A DNA stretch of 64,000 bases from Candidatus Iainarchaeum sp. (GCA_043809245.1 JAZDDZ010000049.1:1-64000); one strand, 5' to 3'; shown: positions 45,572-56,396, counted from the stretch's first letter. The notes: generated by a model not told the origin, from the letters alone. Program-made: numbers and translations.

Positions 45572-46318
45572 TCATATTTTCTGTAAAATCATTATACCAT
45601 CATAAAGTATATGTTTTGTTTTAAGTATAGTTTTTGGAACCAAAATCCTGAAACCCGCTTTTCTCAGCATAGCCTCATCAAAGTTTAGGTGCGCAGTACT
45701 TGATGAAAGAACCAAAAAACCCCCCTTGTTTAGTTTACCATGAAGTGTTTTAGCCGTGAAAAGATTAAGATCAGGATAGCCCCTTGCAGAGGTAATGCAG
45801 TCTTTAGAATAAATAACATCAAAGCGGCCTTTAAAACTTTTGTTTAATCCATCTGCATAACCCCACTCAGCCCTTAATCCTTTAACTTGTTTTTGCTGAC
45901 TTGGGCTCTCGTCAATGCCAAACATTTTTGCCCCCTGCTCTTTTAATAGTTCCATGAATTCAGTTGAACCAAAACCAATCTCACAGATTTTTTTACCTTT
46001 TAGATTGCCTTTGTAAATGCTTCTAATAAAAGCCATTATAGGGCCATAACCGCGGAGGCTATACGGCTCTCCAGAGTTCAGGGTTTTTGATTCCGGCATC
46101 ATCTCGTAGAATTTTTTCGCCCAATAATCAATTTTTTCTCGGGCCAGTCCCAAACGGTTCATCTCCCGCTCATATCTGACAACCTGCTTATCAGTTAAAA
46201 CAAGTTGTCCATTTCTGGCTTTTGCGCCTCCACGCATTAAAGCCCGCGTTGAAAGTTTTGCTTCTTTCGGCACTGAAAAATGAAATGCTTTTTTCTCAAA
46301 ACTGGTCCTGGCAGGCAT
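45572..46318 (-). CDS. Class I SAM-dependent methyltransferase-like protein
   Basis: ICEIGFGS, GID, FDVI, LNKGG. Confidence 0.7.
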   Translation of the reverse strand: MPARTSFEKKAFHFSVPKEAKLSTRALMRGGAKARNGQLVLTDKQVVRYEREMNRLGLAREKIDYWAKKFYEMMPESKTLNSGEPYSLRGYGPIMAFIRSIYKGNLKGKKICEIGFGSTEFMELLKEQGAKMFGIDESPSQQKQVKGLRAEWGYADGLNKSFKGRFDVIYSKDCITSARGYPDLNLFTAKTLHGKLNKGGFLVLSSSTAHLNFDEAMLRKAGFRILVPKTILKTKHILYDGIMILQKI

Positions 46319-46325
46319 TAAAAAA

Positions 46326-48092
46326 TCACTTCACCGTAACGCTTTTAGCGAGATTGCGCGGCTTGTCTGGATTGCATTTGCGTTCAACCGCAAGGTAATA
46401 GGATAGGAGCTGTATGGGAATGATGTCAACAATCGGGCTGGCGTCAAGAAATTCCTTTACCTTGATGAATTCGTGGAAAACCTCGTTTGGCTTGGAGTCA
46501 ATTCCGATGATGAATGCGCCGCGGCTTTTGAGTTCGGTTGCGTTGCTTAGAATGAGTTCGCGAGTCCTGTCAGTTGAGATAACAATGCACGGCGTTCCCT
46601 TTTCAATTAAAGCGATTGTGCCGTGCTTTAATTCCGCGCCCGCAAAGCCTTCGGCGTGAATGTAGCAGATTTCCTTGACCTTCAATGCCCCTTCAAGCGC
46701 TGTGGGAAAAGCGAGGTCTCGGCCGATCAAAAACATGTGACCCGCGCGCTTTATTTTTTTCGCAAGTCGCCTGATGCCAGGCTCGGTTGACCTGATAATC
46801 GATGGAACTGCAGCCGATGCAGATGAAACCAGTTTTTTTCCCTGCTGTTTTTTTCCGGCAACAGCGTAAGCCAAAAGCAAAAGAATTGCAAGCTGTGCGG
46901 TGTAGCTTTTCGTTGAGACAACCCCTATTTCAGGCCCTGAGTTCATCAAAAGTGTTTTTTCGCTTAAGCGCATCAGGCTGGAGCCCATCACGTTTACAAT
47001 GGAAATCACTTTGCAGCGCTTTTTTTTCGCGAACTTGACAGCGTCAAGCAAGTCAGCGGTTTCACCGCTCTGCGAAACCGCTACAACAAGTGTTTTTGGC
47101 GTCAAAAAATGCTCGTAGTTGCGGAATTCCGAGGCAATTACAACATTAACGTGTTTTTTCGCAACCTTGGAGAAAACATATGAAGCGGAAACACAGGAAT
47201 GATAGCTTGTTCCGCAGCCCACAAAGAAAACGCCGAAAGCCGAGCGGATGCTTTTTGCTACATCGTCAACCAAGCCAGTGGGCTGCTCCAATGCCTCTTT
47301 TATGGTGAAAGCCTGCTCGTTGATTTCCTTAAGCGTGAAATGCTTGTATTTTCCCTTTTTTGCCTGCTCAACAGACCACTTGATGCTTTGGATTTTTTTG
47401 CTTACTTTTTTGTTTTTTTTGAGGCCAATAATCTTTGTTCCTTCCGCTCCAACGATTGCCATTTCATTGTCATCCAAAAAAATTGTTTTATGGGTGAATT
47501 CAAGGAATGCAGTGACGTCGGATGCGAGGAAAAATTCGCTGTTTCCGATGCCTAAAACAAGCGGGCTGCCGTTCCTGGCACCAATTAAGCCGGAAAAGTT
47601 TTTTTGCATTGCGACAACCGCGTAATAGCCCTTCATTTTTTTCAGGGAAAGCTTTACTGCTTCGGGAAAATTTTTTCCGCGCGATTTCATGAAGAACTGA
47701 ATCATGTTTGGAATGACTTCAGTATCTGTTTCGCTGCGGAATCGGTAGCCTTTTTTCTTCAGGAATTTTTTGAGTTCCAAATAATTTTCAACTATCCCGT
47801 TGTGGACAACTGCAATGCTTTTGTCGTTTGAGAGGTGGGGATGTGCGTTTTTTTCCGAGACCCCGCCGTGCGTGGCCCAGCGCGTGTGAGCCAAGGCAAG
47901 CGAGGAAGGGGAAAGCCTTCCCTTAAAGTTTTCAATTGCACCCACTTTTTTTAAAACCGTGAACTGAGCACCGGTTTTTTTTTGGAGGGCAAAGCCAAAG
48001 GAGTCATAACCCCTGTATTCAAGGCGCCTTAATCCTTTCAATGCGATTTCCGAGGCGTTTTTTCCGCCGAAATAGCCGATTATTCCGCACAT
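46326..48092 (-). CDS. glmS: Glutamine-fructose-6-phosphate transaminase
   Basis: MCGIIG, EYRGYDS, HTRWATHG, SQSGETAD, PRNLAKSVT. Confidence 0.97.
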   Translation of the reverse strand: MCGIIGYFGGKNASEIALKGLRRLEYRGYDSFGFALQKKTGAQFTVLKKVGAIENFKGRLSPSSLALAHTRWATHGGVSEKNAHPHLSNDKSIAVVHNGIVENYLELKKFLKKKGYRFRSETDTEVIPNMIQFFMKSRGKNFPEAVKLSLKKMKGYYAVVAMQKNFSGLIGARNGSPLVLGIGNSEFFLASDVTAFLEFTHKTIFLDDNEMAIVGAEGTKIIGLKKNKKVSKKIQSIKWSVEQAKKGKYKHFTLKEINEQAFTIKEALEQPTGLVDDVAKSIRSAFGVFFVGCGTSYHSCVSASYVFSKVAKKHVNVVIASEFRNYEHFLTPKTLVVAVSQSGETADLLDAVKFAKKKRCKVISIVNVMGSSLMRLSEKTLLMNSGPEIGVVSTKSYTAQLAILLLLAYAVAGKKQQGKKLVSSASAAVPSIIRSTEPGIRRLAKKIKRAGHMFLIGRDLAFPTALEGALKVKEICYIHAEGFAGAELKHGTIALIEKGTPCIVISTDRTRELILSNATELKSRGAFIIGIDSKPNEVFHEFIKVKEFLDASPIVDIIPIQLLSYYLAVERKCNPDKPRNLAKSVTVK

Positions 48093-48207
48093 GGATTACT
48101 ATTTTCTGGAGTTAAGGCTATTTAACTTTTACCTTGTATTCGGATAATGCACCAGAAAAAAAGCGCGAAAACAAGGTTTAATATTGTTCACTGCGGAAAT
48201 TAGTTTT

Positions 48208-48849
48208 ATGGCGCAAAAAATTCTCTCACTCATCTCAGGAGGCATTGACAGCCCTGCGGCAACCGCGCTTGCGTTGGATGCAGGCGCGGAGGTTGTGTGC
48301 CTGCATTTTGACAACAGGCCTTTCAGCGATGAAAAAAGCCTTGAAAAGGTGAAAAAAATTGTGAGGCATTTAAGCGAAAGCTTCGGGAAAAAAATCAGGC
48401 TCATTGTGGCGGAGCACGGGGAAGCACAGAAGCATATAGCGCAAAAAGTGGAGAGAAAGTTTCAATGCGTTTTGTGCAGGAGATTCATGCTGCGCGTTGC
48501 CTCGAAAGTTGCGGAAAAAGAAAAAGCCGCTGCACTGCTTACAGGCGAGAGTTTAGGGCAGGTTGCATCGCAGACATTAAGCAACATTGCCGCGGAATAC
48601 GATGCGGCCTCAGTGCCGATTGCAAGGCCCTTGCTTGGAATGGACAAGCTTGAAATAGAGGCGCTTGCGAAAAAATTCGGAACCTATGCAACCTCAATAG
48701 AGCCTGGAATGTGCTGCGGTTTGGCGCCTGAAAGGCCAGCGACAAAGGCAACGAAAGAAAAATTATTGGAAGAGGAGAAAAGGCTTGAAGTGGAAAAATT
48801 GGTTGAACGGGAAATTGATAGCGTGAAGGTGTTTGAGTTTGGAGCTTAG
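48208..48849 (+). CDS. ThiI-like PP-loop sulfurtransferase lacking THUMP domain
   Basis: SGGIDS, CVLCRR, TGESLGQVASQT, RPL.G.DK. Confidence 0.85.
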   Translation: MAQKILSLISGGIDSPAATALALDAGAEVVCLHFDNRPFSDEKSLEKVKKIVRHLSESFGKKIRLIVAEHGEAQKHIAQKVERKFQCVLCRRFMLRVASKVAEKEKAAALLTGESLGQVASQTLSNIAAEYDAASVPIARPLLGMDKLEIEALAKKFGTYATSIEPGMCCGLAPERPATKATKEKLLEEEKRLEVEKLVEREIDSVKVFEFGA

Positions 48850-49114
48850 CGATTTTGTCGGAAAGCCGTGCAAAAGCAGAACGGCATTTGAATTTATTCC
48901 GAAAAAAAAGCAGTCACTTGACCTGCAGGCAGTTGCAAAAAAAATGCACGCAAACGGCGTGTACTTAGAGCTTGATTCCCCTTACCTTGTGATGGCGAAA
49001 ATTGACGGAGCAAATGTCTCGCTTTTCAAGAGCGGGAAAATTGTCGTAAAAGAAATCCGCGAGGAAAAAAAAGCAAGGGAAACCGCGGAAAAACTGATTG
49101 GGAAAATGAAGTGA
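48833..49114 (+). CDS. Small hypothetical protein
   Basis: Overlaps the ThiI-like gene; SLFKSGKIVV. Confidence 0.65.
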   Translation: MSLELSDFVGKPCKSRTAFEFIPKKKQSLDLQAVAKKMHANGVYLELDSPYLVMAKIDGANVSLFKSGKIVVKEIREEKKARETAEKLIGKMK

Positions 49115-49464
49115 AGCGCAATTCAGTAAACGTATTTGATTCTGTATTTTTGCAGTATTGCGCGAATGCGCGCCTCTGCGCCGATTCCGTCTGTTGCCCC
49201 CATTGTGCGGTCCAGTTTTTTGCGGCGGCTTATTATCGCGCTTATTTCTGCCCTGTCATTTTTAGCAACGCCCCCTTGACCTTAAAACATTGGTAAAACT
49301 GCCTGTGTTTTTATAGGCGAGAATAGCCAAGGGAAGCCTTTTCATTGCGGGAGGCATAAGCGTCAAATAACAATGAAAAGAATGGTTTAAATTGCATTTC
49401 GTAGAGGAAATGCAGGCGTTGCGGGCAATAACTATTAAAATTGATTTTTGCTAATATTTTCCTT

Positions 49465-50034
49465 ATGCCTTACCATCATTTCAAGGGCCGGGATTTAAAC
49501 AGGAGCGATAAAATTCAGGTTCTGGTTTTAAGGGAACTCATTGATTCAAGGATTCCGAACTCAAAAAGGGAAAGCTCCGTTGAATGGGAGATAAAGCACA
49601 GCAGCAGCTGCATTCAGATTGCAAGGATTCTGGCTGAAAAAAGGGGGCTGGATGTGGAGTTGGCGGAAATAATCGCGGCACTGCACGATATCTCAGTCAT
49701 TGAAACAGGCAGTTATTCGAACCACGCGAAAGAAAGCTCAAAAATCGCGAAAAAAATTCTGGAAAAATCGCATGATTTCTCCGGCAAAGAAATAGAATTG
49801 GTTGCGGCAGCAATCGCGGAGCACAGCAGCAAGCAGGATTATTCGAAGAATGCTTACGCGGAGCTGATTAAAGACGCGGACACTCTGGATTGCTTTTTGT
49901 ACGACAAGAGCAGGAACATTTACGATGAAAAGCCGCCGAAAATAAGGAAAGAGTATTTCAAAAGGGTTGTGAAAGTCAGGAAAGAGCTTGGTTTGCCTGT
50001 AAACAAATATTTTTTGGAGCAAGCGGGCGAATGA
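49465..50034 (+). CDS. HD-domain protein
   Basis: H...LHD...H...H...DAD. Confidence 0.88.
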   Translation: MPYHHFKGRDLNRSDKIQVLVLRELIDSRIPNSKRESSVEWEIKHSSSCIQIARILAEKRGLDVELAEIIAALHDISVIETGSYSNHAKESSKIAKKILEKSHDFSGKEIELVAAAIAEHSSKQDYSKNAYAELIKDADTLDCFLYDKSRNIYDEKPPKIRKEYFKRVVKVRKELGLPVNKYFLEQAGE

Positions 50035-50035
50035 A

Positions 50036-51469
50036 ATGAAAGGCGAATGGTTTGAGTGGGAAAGGGAAAGCACTATCCACCCCCTGTTTATTCCCTTGGA
50101 AGCTGCAATGAAGCCCTTGCGCGACTATTTCGGCACAAGCTGGCCTGACTCCATCCTGGTTTACAGGGGAAACATCGTTTTATGGTGCGGCAAAAATGAG
50201 AGCCTGCAAAGCCTCGGAAAAAAAATGCTGGAATTTTACCTTGTGGAAAAAAACAAGAACCAGTTATTGAAAGACATTGAAAATGCGACGCAAAAACTGA
50301 AGCTGGTTTCAGGGAAAATTGAGGCAACAAATTTGAATGCATTGGGCAATAACGAATTGCTGCCGCTCTACAGCGAATTAAGGCTGGATTACATTGACTG
50401 GTACAAGCTTGGCTGGACCACTGAGCCGATCGGCCTGCATGGCGAGCAATTAATCAAAAAAATTGTGGAAGGTCAAAAGCAAAAGGTTTTTTCCATTCTC
50501 ACTTCAACCACGAGAAAAAGTTTCAGTAGGAGAGCCGAAGAAGAATTGCTGGAAATTGCCGAAAATAAAAAATCCGGAGAAGACATTTCAAAAGGCATTG
50601 AAGAATATTCGGCAAACTATTACTGGCTGCATAACAGTTATTTCAAAACAGCGGTTTTAGGCAAAGCGTTTTTCGAAAAAGAGCTGGATTCAATGCTGAA
50701 AGAGCACCCAAATCCAAAGCAGTACCTGCAAGAATTGGCTGTTTTGTCGGAAAACCAGGCTAAAGAAAAACAGCGGACAATAAAAGAACTGGGATTAGAG
50801 GCGCACAGGAACCTCATTGAATTGCTTGACTTGTTTGCCTGGCTGCAGGACTTCAGAAAAGAACACATAATGCGGACATGCCATTTCCTTGATTTGCTGC
50901 TTGGGGAAATCGGCAAAAGAGCGGGTTTTTCGTTATGGGAAATGAAATACACTTTGCCAAACGATTTGCCTTTGGTGTTGGAGGGGCGCTTTGAAAAAAA
51001 AGAAATCGCCGCACGGCAAAAAAACTGCATCATCATATGGAAAGAATTCAGCGACAATTACGAATTGTTCACAGGAGAAGAAGCAATAGCAAAGGAAAAA
51101 ACAATTTTTGTAGAAAAAGAAAAAACAATTGAAATTGTGGAGATAGACGGAATGTCCGCTTCGCAGGGAAGGGTTAAAGGAGAAGCATTTGTTTCAATGA
51201 GCGCAGAGGAAGCGAAAGGCATGAAAGCAGGACAGATTCTTGTAACATCTATGACCTCTCCGGACTTTGTCATTGCAATCAAAAAAGCCGCGGCAATCGT
51301 TACAAATGAGGGGGGCATAACAAGCCATGCCGCAATCATTGCAAGGGAATTCGGGGTACCGTGCGTTGTGGGCACCAAAATCGCGACAAAGGCCCTGAAA
51401 ACAGGCGACTACATTGAAGTGGACGGAATACACGGAAAAGTAAGAAAACTAACCGCCCGTGCAGAATAA
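50036..51469 (+). CDS. PEP-utilising mobile (His-swivel) domain protein with large helical N-terminus
   Basis: GGITSHAAIIAREFGVPCVVG. Confidence 0.9.
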   Translation: MKGEWFEWERESTIHPLFIPLEAAMKPLRDYFGTSWPDSILVYRGNIVLWCGKNESLQSLGKKMLEFYLVEKNKNQLLKDIENATQKLKLVSGKIEATNLNALGNNELLPLYSELRLDYIDWYKLGWTTEPIGLHGEQLIKKIVEGQKQKVFSILTSTTRKSFSRRAEEELLEIAENKKSGEDISKGIEEYSANYYWLHNSYFKTAVLGKAFFEKELDSMLKEHPNPKQYLQELAVLSENQAKEKQRTIKELGLEAHRNLIELLDLFAWLQDFRKEHIMRTCHFLDLLLGEIGKRAGFSLWEMKYTLPNDLPLVLEGRFEKKEIAARQKNCIIIWKEFSDNYELFTGEEAIAKEKTIFVEKEKTIEIVEIDGMSASQGRVKGEAFVSMSAEEAKGMKAGQILVTSMTSPDFVIAIKKAAAIVTNEGGITSHAAIIAREFGVPCVVGTKIATKALKTGDYIEVDGIHGKVRKLTARAE

Positions 51470-51550
51470 GCAGGGAATACTGCATCCACAAACTGCAAAA
51501 ACACCAGTTTTTAAATGGTTTTTCATTCATTTATGTTATAAGGTGACTGA

Positions 51551-52333
51551 TTGGCGTTAAGGCGTAAAAAACCTGTGGGAAAGCCGAAAAAGAGGCCTGC
51601 AAAGCCCGTGGTAAAAAGAGCCAAAAAGGAAGTGAAAGCCAAAGAGATAATCATCAGAGCGCAGGACCTTTTTAAGATTTACCAAATGGGTGAAATGCAG
51701 TTAAATGCGTTGAATGGCGTTTCATTGGAGTTAGAGAAGGGCAGGTTTTATTCCATTATGGGGCCAAGCGGTTCGGGAAAAACAACGCTTCTGGATGTTT
51801 TAAGCGCAATGCAGAAGCCCACAAAAGGAGAGGTTTTCATCGGGGGAAAAGCGATAAGCAAAATGAGCAACAACGAGCTTGCAAGGCTGAGGGGCAAAAA
51901 AATCGGCTTTGTATTCCAGACATTCAACCTCATACCGAAATTGTCTGCATTGGAGAACGTTATGATGCCTTTATGGTTTAATGGTGTGCCGAAAAACAAG
52001 AGAGCTGAGATTGCAAAGGCACGCCTTGCGGAAATGGGTTTGGAGGGACGGGAGAACTCAAAGCCAGGGCAGCTTTCAGGAGGCCAAAGGCAAAGGGTTG
52101 CGATCGCAAGGGCATTGGCAGTTGACCCCGAAATAATTGTAGCGGATGAGCCAACGGGAAACCTTGACTCTGTTTCAGGTGAACAGGTGCTTAAAATAAT
52201 CCGGGACCTTCACAGGGAAAAGGGAAAAACAATCATTATGGTCACGCATGAAAAATTCGTAGCGGAAATGGCTCAGGAAATAATTTGCATTAAGGATGGA
52301 AAAATTTCAAGCAATGAAAAAATTTGCATTTAA
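51551..52333 (+). CDS. ABC transporter ATP-binding protein (LolD/MacB type)
   Basis: GPSGSGKT, LSGGQRQR, DEPTGNLD. Confidence 0.95.
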   Translation: MALRRKKPVGKPKKRPAKPVVKRAKKEVKAKEIIIRAQDLFKIYQMGEMQLNALNGVSLELEKGRFYSIMGPSGSGKTTLLDVLSAMQKPTKGEVFIGGKAISKMSNNELARLRGKKIGFVFQTFNLIPKLSALENVMMPLWFNGVPKNKRAEIAKARLAEMGLEGRENSKPGQLSGGQRQRVAIARALAVDPEIIVADEPTGNLDSVSGEQVLKIIRDLHREKGKTIIMVTHEKFVAEMAQEIICIKDGKISSNEKICI

Positions 52334-52351
52334 TGGAGGAGGTATCAAACA

Positions 52352-53554
52352 ATGAAGAAAATAATTCTGGTTTTGGCTGTACTGGCCTTGTTTGCAGTGC
52401 AGGCATGGGCTGTAAGCCTTGACGTCAGCTCAGTCAACTATGATCCTGTGCCAGTGGTGCCGGGAAAACTATTCAGCGTATGGGTGCAGGTGAAAAACAC
52501 AAGCAAGGCTGAAGCCGAAAACGTTGTATTCAACCTTGACCTGAAATACCCTTTCAGCGTAAAGGACGGGGAAGCAAAGAAGTCAATTGGCTCGATTGCC
52601 GCGGACCAAACAGCACTGGTAAAATATGATGTGCTAGTCGCTGGAGACGCCCCGGGCGGAAGCTACGAGGTAAAATTCCAGTTCGGCGACAACAGCGGAT
52701 TGGACAAGGAAATAAAGTACACCATTGACGTACAGGAAAGGGCACCACAAATAGAGGTTGTAAACAGCTCTGTTGAAAGCGCTTCCCCTGGAAAAGACAT
52801 TGACATTGCGTTAACGCTTGAAAACACAGGAAAAGGAAAAGCGACAGACGTAACCGTAACTATTGGAAGCGGAACCCAAGCTGGCGCGGTTGCAGCAGAC
52901 ATACTCCCGCTTGGTTCCCCCACAAGGCATGTTGATGAAATAGAGGCAGGGGAAATGGCATTGGTTTCATTCAGGCTCAATGTATCGGACAATGCAGACC
53001 TTGCAACATACACTGTTCCGGTGAGCATTTCATTCAGCGATTATGCCTCGCAAAACCAGTTCACTGCGCAGACATTCATCGGCTTAAAGGTCGCGGATTC
53101 GCCTGACCTTGGATTGGTGATAAGCTCTATCTCACCAGCAGCAGCTGCAGGAAAGACTTCAACCGTAACCTTTGACATCTACAATACAGGCAACGGCGCC
53201 GCAAGATACCTTGTCATAGGCCTGGAAAGCAATAACGCGCAAATAAAGGACAGCGAAGTATTCATCGGCACCTTGCAGGCAGACGACTTTGACTCGTTCA
53301 AAACCGATTTCACCTTTGACAGGAATTTCTCTGCGGACAACAAAATCACGGTGAAAATGATTTACAGGGGCCAGGACAACGAGGTAAAGGAAATAGTGAA
53401 GGAACTGCCAGTTGAAGTGCAGAGCCTTTCCTCGGCAACAACAGGCTTTGCCGCTCTTTCAGGGGTTGCAGTGCCGATTGCAGCAGTAATCATAGTAATA
53501 GTGATTGCTGGGTTCTTCCTGTTGCGCGGAAGGAAAAAGAAAAGCCAGGAATGA
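52352..53554 (+). CDS. COG1361-type S-layer/Ig-like protein
   Basis: Signal peptide, three CARDB-like repeats, C-terminal transmembrane segment. Confidence 0.85.
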   Translation: MKKIILVLAVLALFAVQAWAVSLDVSSVNYDPVPVVPGKLFSVWVQVKNTSKAEAENVVFNLDLKYPFSVKDGEAKKSIGSIAADQTALVKYDVLVAGDAPGGSYEVKFQFGDNSGLDKEIKYTIDVQERAPQIEVVNSSVESASPGKDIDIALTLENTGKGKATDVTVTIGSGTQAGAVAADILPLGSPTRHVDEIEAGEMALVSFRLNVSDNADLATYTVPVSISFSDYASQNQFTAQTFIGLKVADSPDLGLVISSISPAAAAGKTSTVTFDIYNTGNGAARYLVIGLESNNAQIKDSEVFIGTLQADDFDSFKTDFTFDRNFSADNKITVKMIYRGQDNEVKEIVKELPVEVQSLSSATTGFAALSGVAVPIAAVIIVIVIAGFFLLRGRKKKSQE

Positions 53555-53558
53555 TTGA

Positions 53559-54764
53559 ATGCCTGACTTTGAAATATTCGCGGTGGCGCTCCGCAACCTG
53601 AGATACCAGGGCCTGCGGAGCTACCTTACTCTTCTCGGAGTAATCATCGGAATAGCCGCGATAGTTGCATTGCTTTCAATCAGCAACGGCTTCACGGCAT
53701 CAATCTCAAACGAGATTGAATCCCTGGGAAGCAACACGATTTTCCTGATTCCCCTTGCAACGCAGACAGGGATTAGCTCTGCGGAAAACCTGCAGTTAAG
53801 GGACCCTGACCTTAGCAGGATTGAATCATTCACTGGGGTAAGCGCAGTTATCCCGCTTTACAGCACAAGGATGACCGTGGAACGGGGAACGGAAAAAATT
53901 ACTGCGACAATTTTGGCAGGAGACCCTGATAAAACTGCGGAACTTTCAGACAGCGGCTACAATCAAATTGCTGATGGAAGGGACCTGCAGGAAAGCGATG
54001 TTTTTTCCGTTGTAATAGGCTATGACTTTGCAAACAATGCGTTCAGCAGGGCGCTCTCAAACAAAACCTCTCTTACTATTGATGAAAAAAAATTCAGGGT
54101 TGTTGGCATACTGGAAGAAAGTTCGACTTCAATCGGCGGAGGCCCGAACTTCAACAACAGCATTGTGATGACTGAAAAGGCATTCAAGCAGATAAGCAGC
54201 GTCACTTCACCCGCAATTGTCTTCATTAAAACCTTTTCCCCTGAGGACGTCAATTCGGTTCAGGAAAGGACGCAAAGATACTTCGACAGGAAATTCGGCG
54301 AAGGCAATTTTTTGGTGCAAAGCTCCACGCAAATACTTGAAGCAGTTAACTCTATTCTCGGGCTTGTATCACTTTTCCTTTTAGGCATTGCCGCAATCTC
54401 ATTGGTGGTTGGCGGCGTTGGAATAATGAATTCAATGGTCACAGCGGCACTTGAAAGGACAAGGGAGATAGGCATAATGAAGGCAGTTGGTGCAACGGAA
54501 AACACAATAATGGGCTTGTTCCTCATAGAAGCAGGCATGATTGGATTGGTTGGAGGAATAATCGGCCTGGGCTTGGGTTACTTTGCATCGCTTTTGGTTG
54601 CGGCAATAGCGCAGTCCGCAAATTTCAGCCTAACCGCAGACCTGCCCATAGAACTGGCGCTCGGAGTGCTTGCCTTTGCAATGGTTGTGGGAATGGTTTC
54701 AGGCCTCTACCCCGCGAGAAGAGCCGCGAAATTAGACCCGGTTGAAGCGCTGAGATACGAATAG
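53559..54764 (+). CDS. ABC transporter permease (MacB/FtsX type)
   Basis: RSYLTLLGVIIG, ERTREIG.MKAVGA, PARRAAKLDPVEALRYE. Confidence 0.95.
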   Translation: MPDFEIFAVALRNLRYQGLRSYLTLLGVIIGIAAIVALLSISNGFTASISNEIESLGSNTIFLIPLATQTGISSAENLQLRDPDLSRIESFTGVSAVIPLYSTRMTVERGTEKITATILAGDPDKTAELSDSGYNQIADGRDLQESDVFSVVIGYDFANNAFSRALSNKTSLTIDEKKFRVVGILEESSTSIGGGPNFNNSIVMTEKAFKQISSVTSPAIVFIKTFSPEDVNSVQERTQRYFDRKFGEGNFLVQSSTQILEAVNSILGLVSLFLLGIAAISLVVGGVGIMNSMVTAALERTREIGIMKAVGATENTIMGLFLIEAGMIGLVGGIIGLGLGYFASLLVAAIAQSANFSLTADLPIELALGVLAFAMVVGMVSGLYPARRAAKLDPVEALRYE

Positions 54765-54782
54765 TGCAAGCGGCAAACAGGC

Positions 54783-54998
54783 TTAAATCAAAATATCACC
54801 ATCACTCGAAACAATCGCATTCAGCCAGCCCTCCCTGATGATTCTCGGATAGCCAACCACTGCAATCACACGGTTAAAATTACCGTTAACCTTAATGCAA
54901 TCCACTTCATTCTCAACAAAAGAAGGCTTAATCAGCTGAGGCAACAAATTCTTCTGAACATCGCTATGCTTAGCGGCATTACCATTAAAACCGAACAT
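54783..54998 (-). pseudogene. Truncated fragment resembling the N-terminus of VirB4-like conjugation ATPases
   Basis: LIKPS..E.....IKVN..F.R.I.V.GYPR....GWL..I pattern; ends after 71 aa. Confidence 0.5.
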
Positions 54999-55091
54999 AA
55001 AGAATAAGCGCAAACCCAAATATATAACGCTATTGGGACTATAGGTACGGATAAAGAGTAAAAATATATTATGCGCCGCCAACCGTAAGTG

Positions 55092-56396
55092 CTAACCGCT
55101 TATGGCTTTTTTGAGGGTTGGGTAGAGGGGTTTGCCTTGTTGTTTCCATGTGGCGAACATGGAGGCGATTGTTTCGAATGTTCGTGCGCCGGTTTCGCGG
55201 CGCAGTCCGCCAATGATTTTTCTGATTACTATAAGTTCGCGTAGTGCTCTTTCTGCAATGTTGTTTGTTGGTTCTACAAACAAGTGAATGAGGCATGTGA
55301 AAAGTGAAGGTATTGCGTTTCGCAGTTTGACTGCGAATGTTCGGTATTCTTTGTGCCCGTCAAGCGCGTCAGCTATTTGTGTTGTCTTTGTTTCGAGTTC
55401 TTGTTTGAGTTGCAGTCTTTTTTGTAGTGGCGGCGGATTTGCGCGTATGCGTTTTATTGTTTTGAATATGTTGTCGAGGTTGGCGTGGTGGCATTTGTAT
55501 AGGGTGTAGTTGTCGTTGAGTTCTTTTGATTCTCTGATAATGTGTGCCCAGCAGCGTTGTTGTCCTGAACCGATTTTTTTGTAGGCTGTGTGCCCGTCAC
55601 TGCCCATTATTCCTGTGTAATTGTTGCCTAAGATTTCTTTTGGAATAGAATCGTTTCTGTGTTTGCGAATAACGTAAATGGTTTGTTGTTCGCCTACAAA
55701 AGTCCATAGCCAATGGGTTTTGCCGTTGATTTTGATTTCTGTTTCATCTCCGTTTACAACTCTTGATGCACGTAGTAACAGTATCTGCTTTTGGTATTCT
55801 GGTGTGAGGGCGCTTGCTGTTCTTTTGGAAATGTTGTGCACGCAGACATTTGTCAGGTTCAATCCCTGGCGTTGCAGTGCAGTCACTGTTTTGCGCAGTG
55901 GCAATCTGTCTTCAAATCGAAACAAAACCGTAAGCGTTTCTGCATTGTGTCCAAACATGCCTTTTGGCAAACCGGTTTTGGCTCTGGCTTTTTTGTGGCA
56001 GTGAGGGCACGCGTAATGTGAAATCAAATGTTCAGTGGCTTGTATTGGTTGTGGCTTTGGAATCTCCTCAATGATGCGGCGCTCTATTTTGAACGGTTTT
56101 TTCAGTTTGTGACTGCAGTGCGGGCAGGCATCGAGTTTGTGCTCAACGGTTTTTGTTGGTTCTGGTTGTTCACGCGCATACTTTGGATGCCCTTCGGGTG
56201 CACCGAGTTTTCCACTTGGTTCTTTTGGCTCGCGCTTTTTTTTGCTCAGGCTGGGGGGCGTGTGTGCATTCTCGTATGCAAGTAATCTGCGTTCAAGTCC
56301 TATTATTTTTTTCTGCATTGCCAAAAGTTGCTTTCTCAGTTCCAAGTTCTCCGCTTCAAGCTGCTCTATCCTTTTGTAGAGTGCTTCCTCGTTCAT
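55092..56396 (-). CDS. IS66 transposase
   Basis: Coiled coil, PPS, CPHC zinc finger, DET, SDG, QRCWAH, PTNN.AER. Confidence 0.95.
   Translation of the reverse strand: MNEEALYKRIEQLEAENLELRKQLLAMQKKIIGLERRLLAYENAHTPPSLSKKKREPKEPSGKLGAPEGHPKYAREQPEPTKTVEHKLDACPHCSHKLKKPFKIERRIIEEIPKPQPIQATEHLISHYACPHCHKKARAKTGLPKGMFGHNAETLTVLFRFEDRLPLRKTVTALQRQGLNLTNVCVHNISKRTASALTPEYQKQILLLRASRVVNGDETEIKINGKTHWLWTFVGEQQTIYVIRKHRNDSIPKEILGNNYTGIMGSDGHTAYKKIGSGQQRCWAHIIRESKELNDNYTLYKCHHANLDNIFKTIKRIRANPPPLQKRLQLKQELETKTTQIADALDGHKEYRTFAVKLRNAIPSLFTCLIHLFVEPTNNIAERALRELIVIRKIIGGLRRETGARTFETIASMFATWKQQGKPLYPTLKKAISG

Noticed and set aside
49111-49360. Possible small or degraded gene between operons
   Set aside because: Only short frames on either strand with no recognisable motif.
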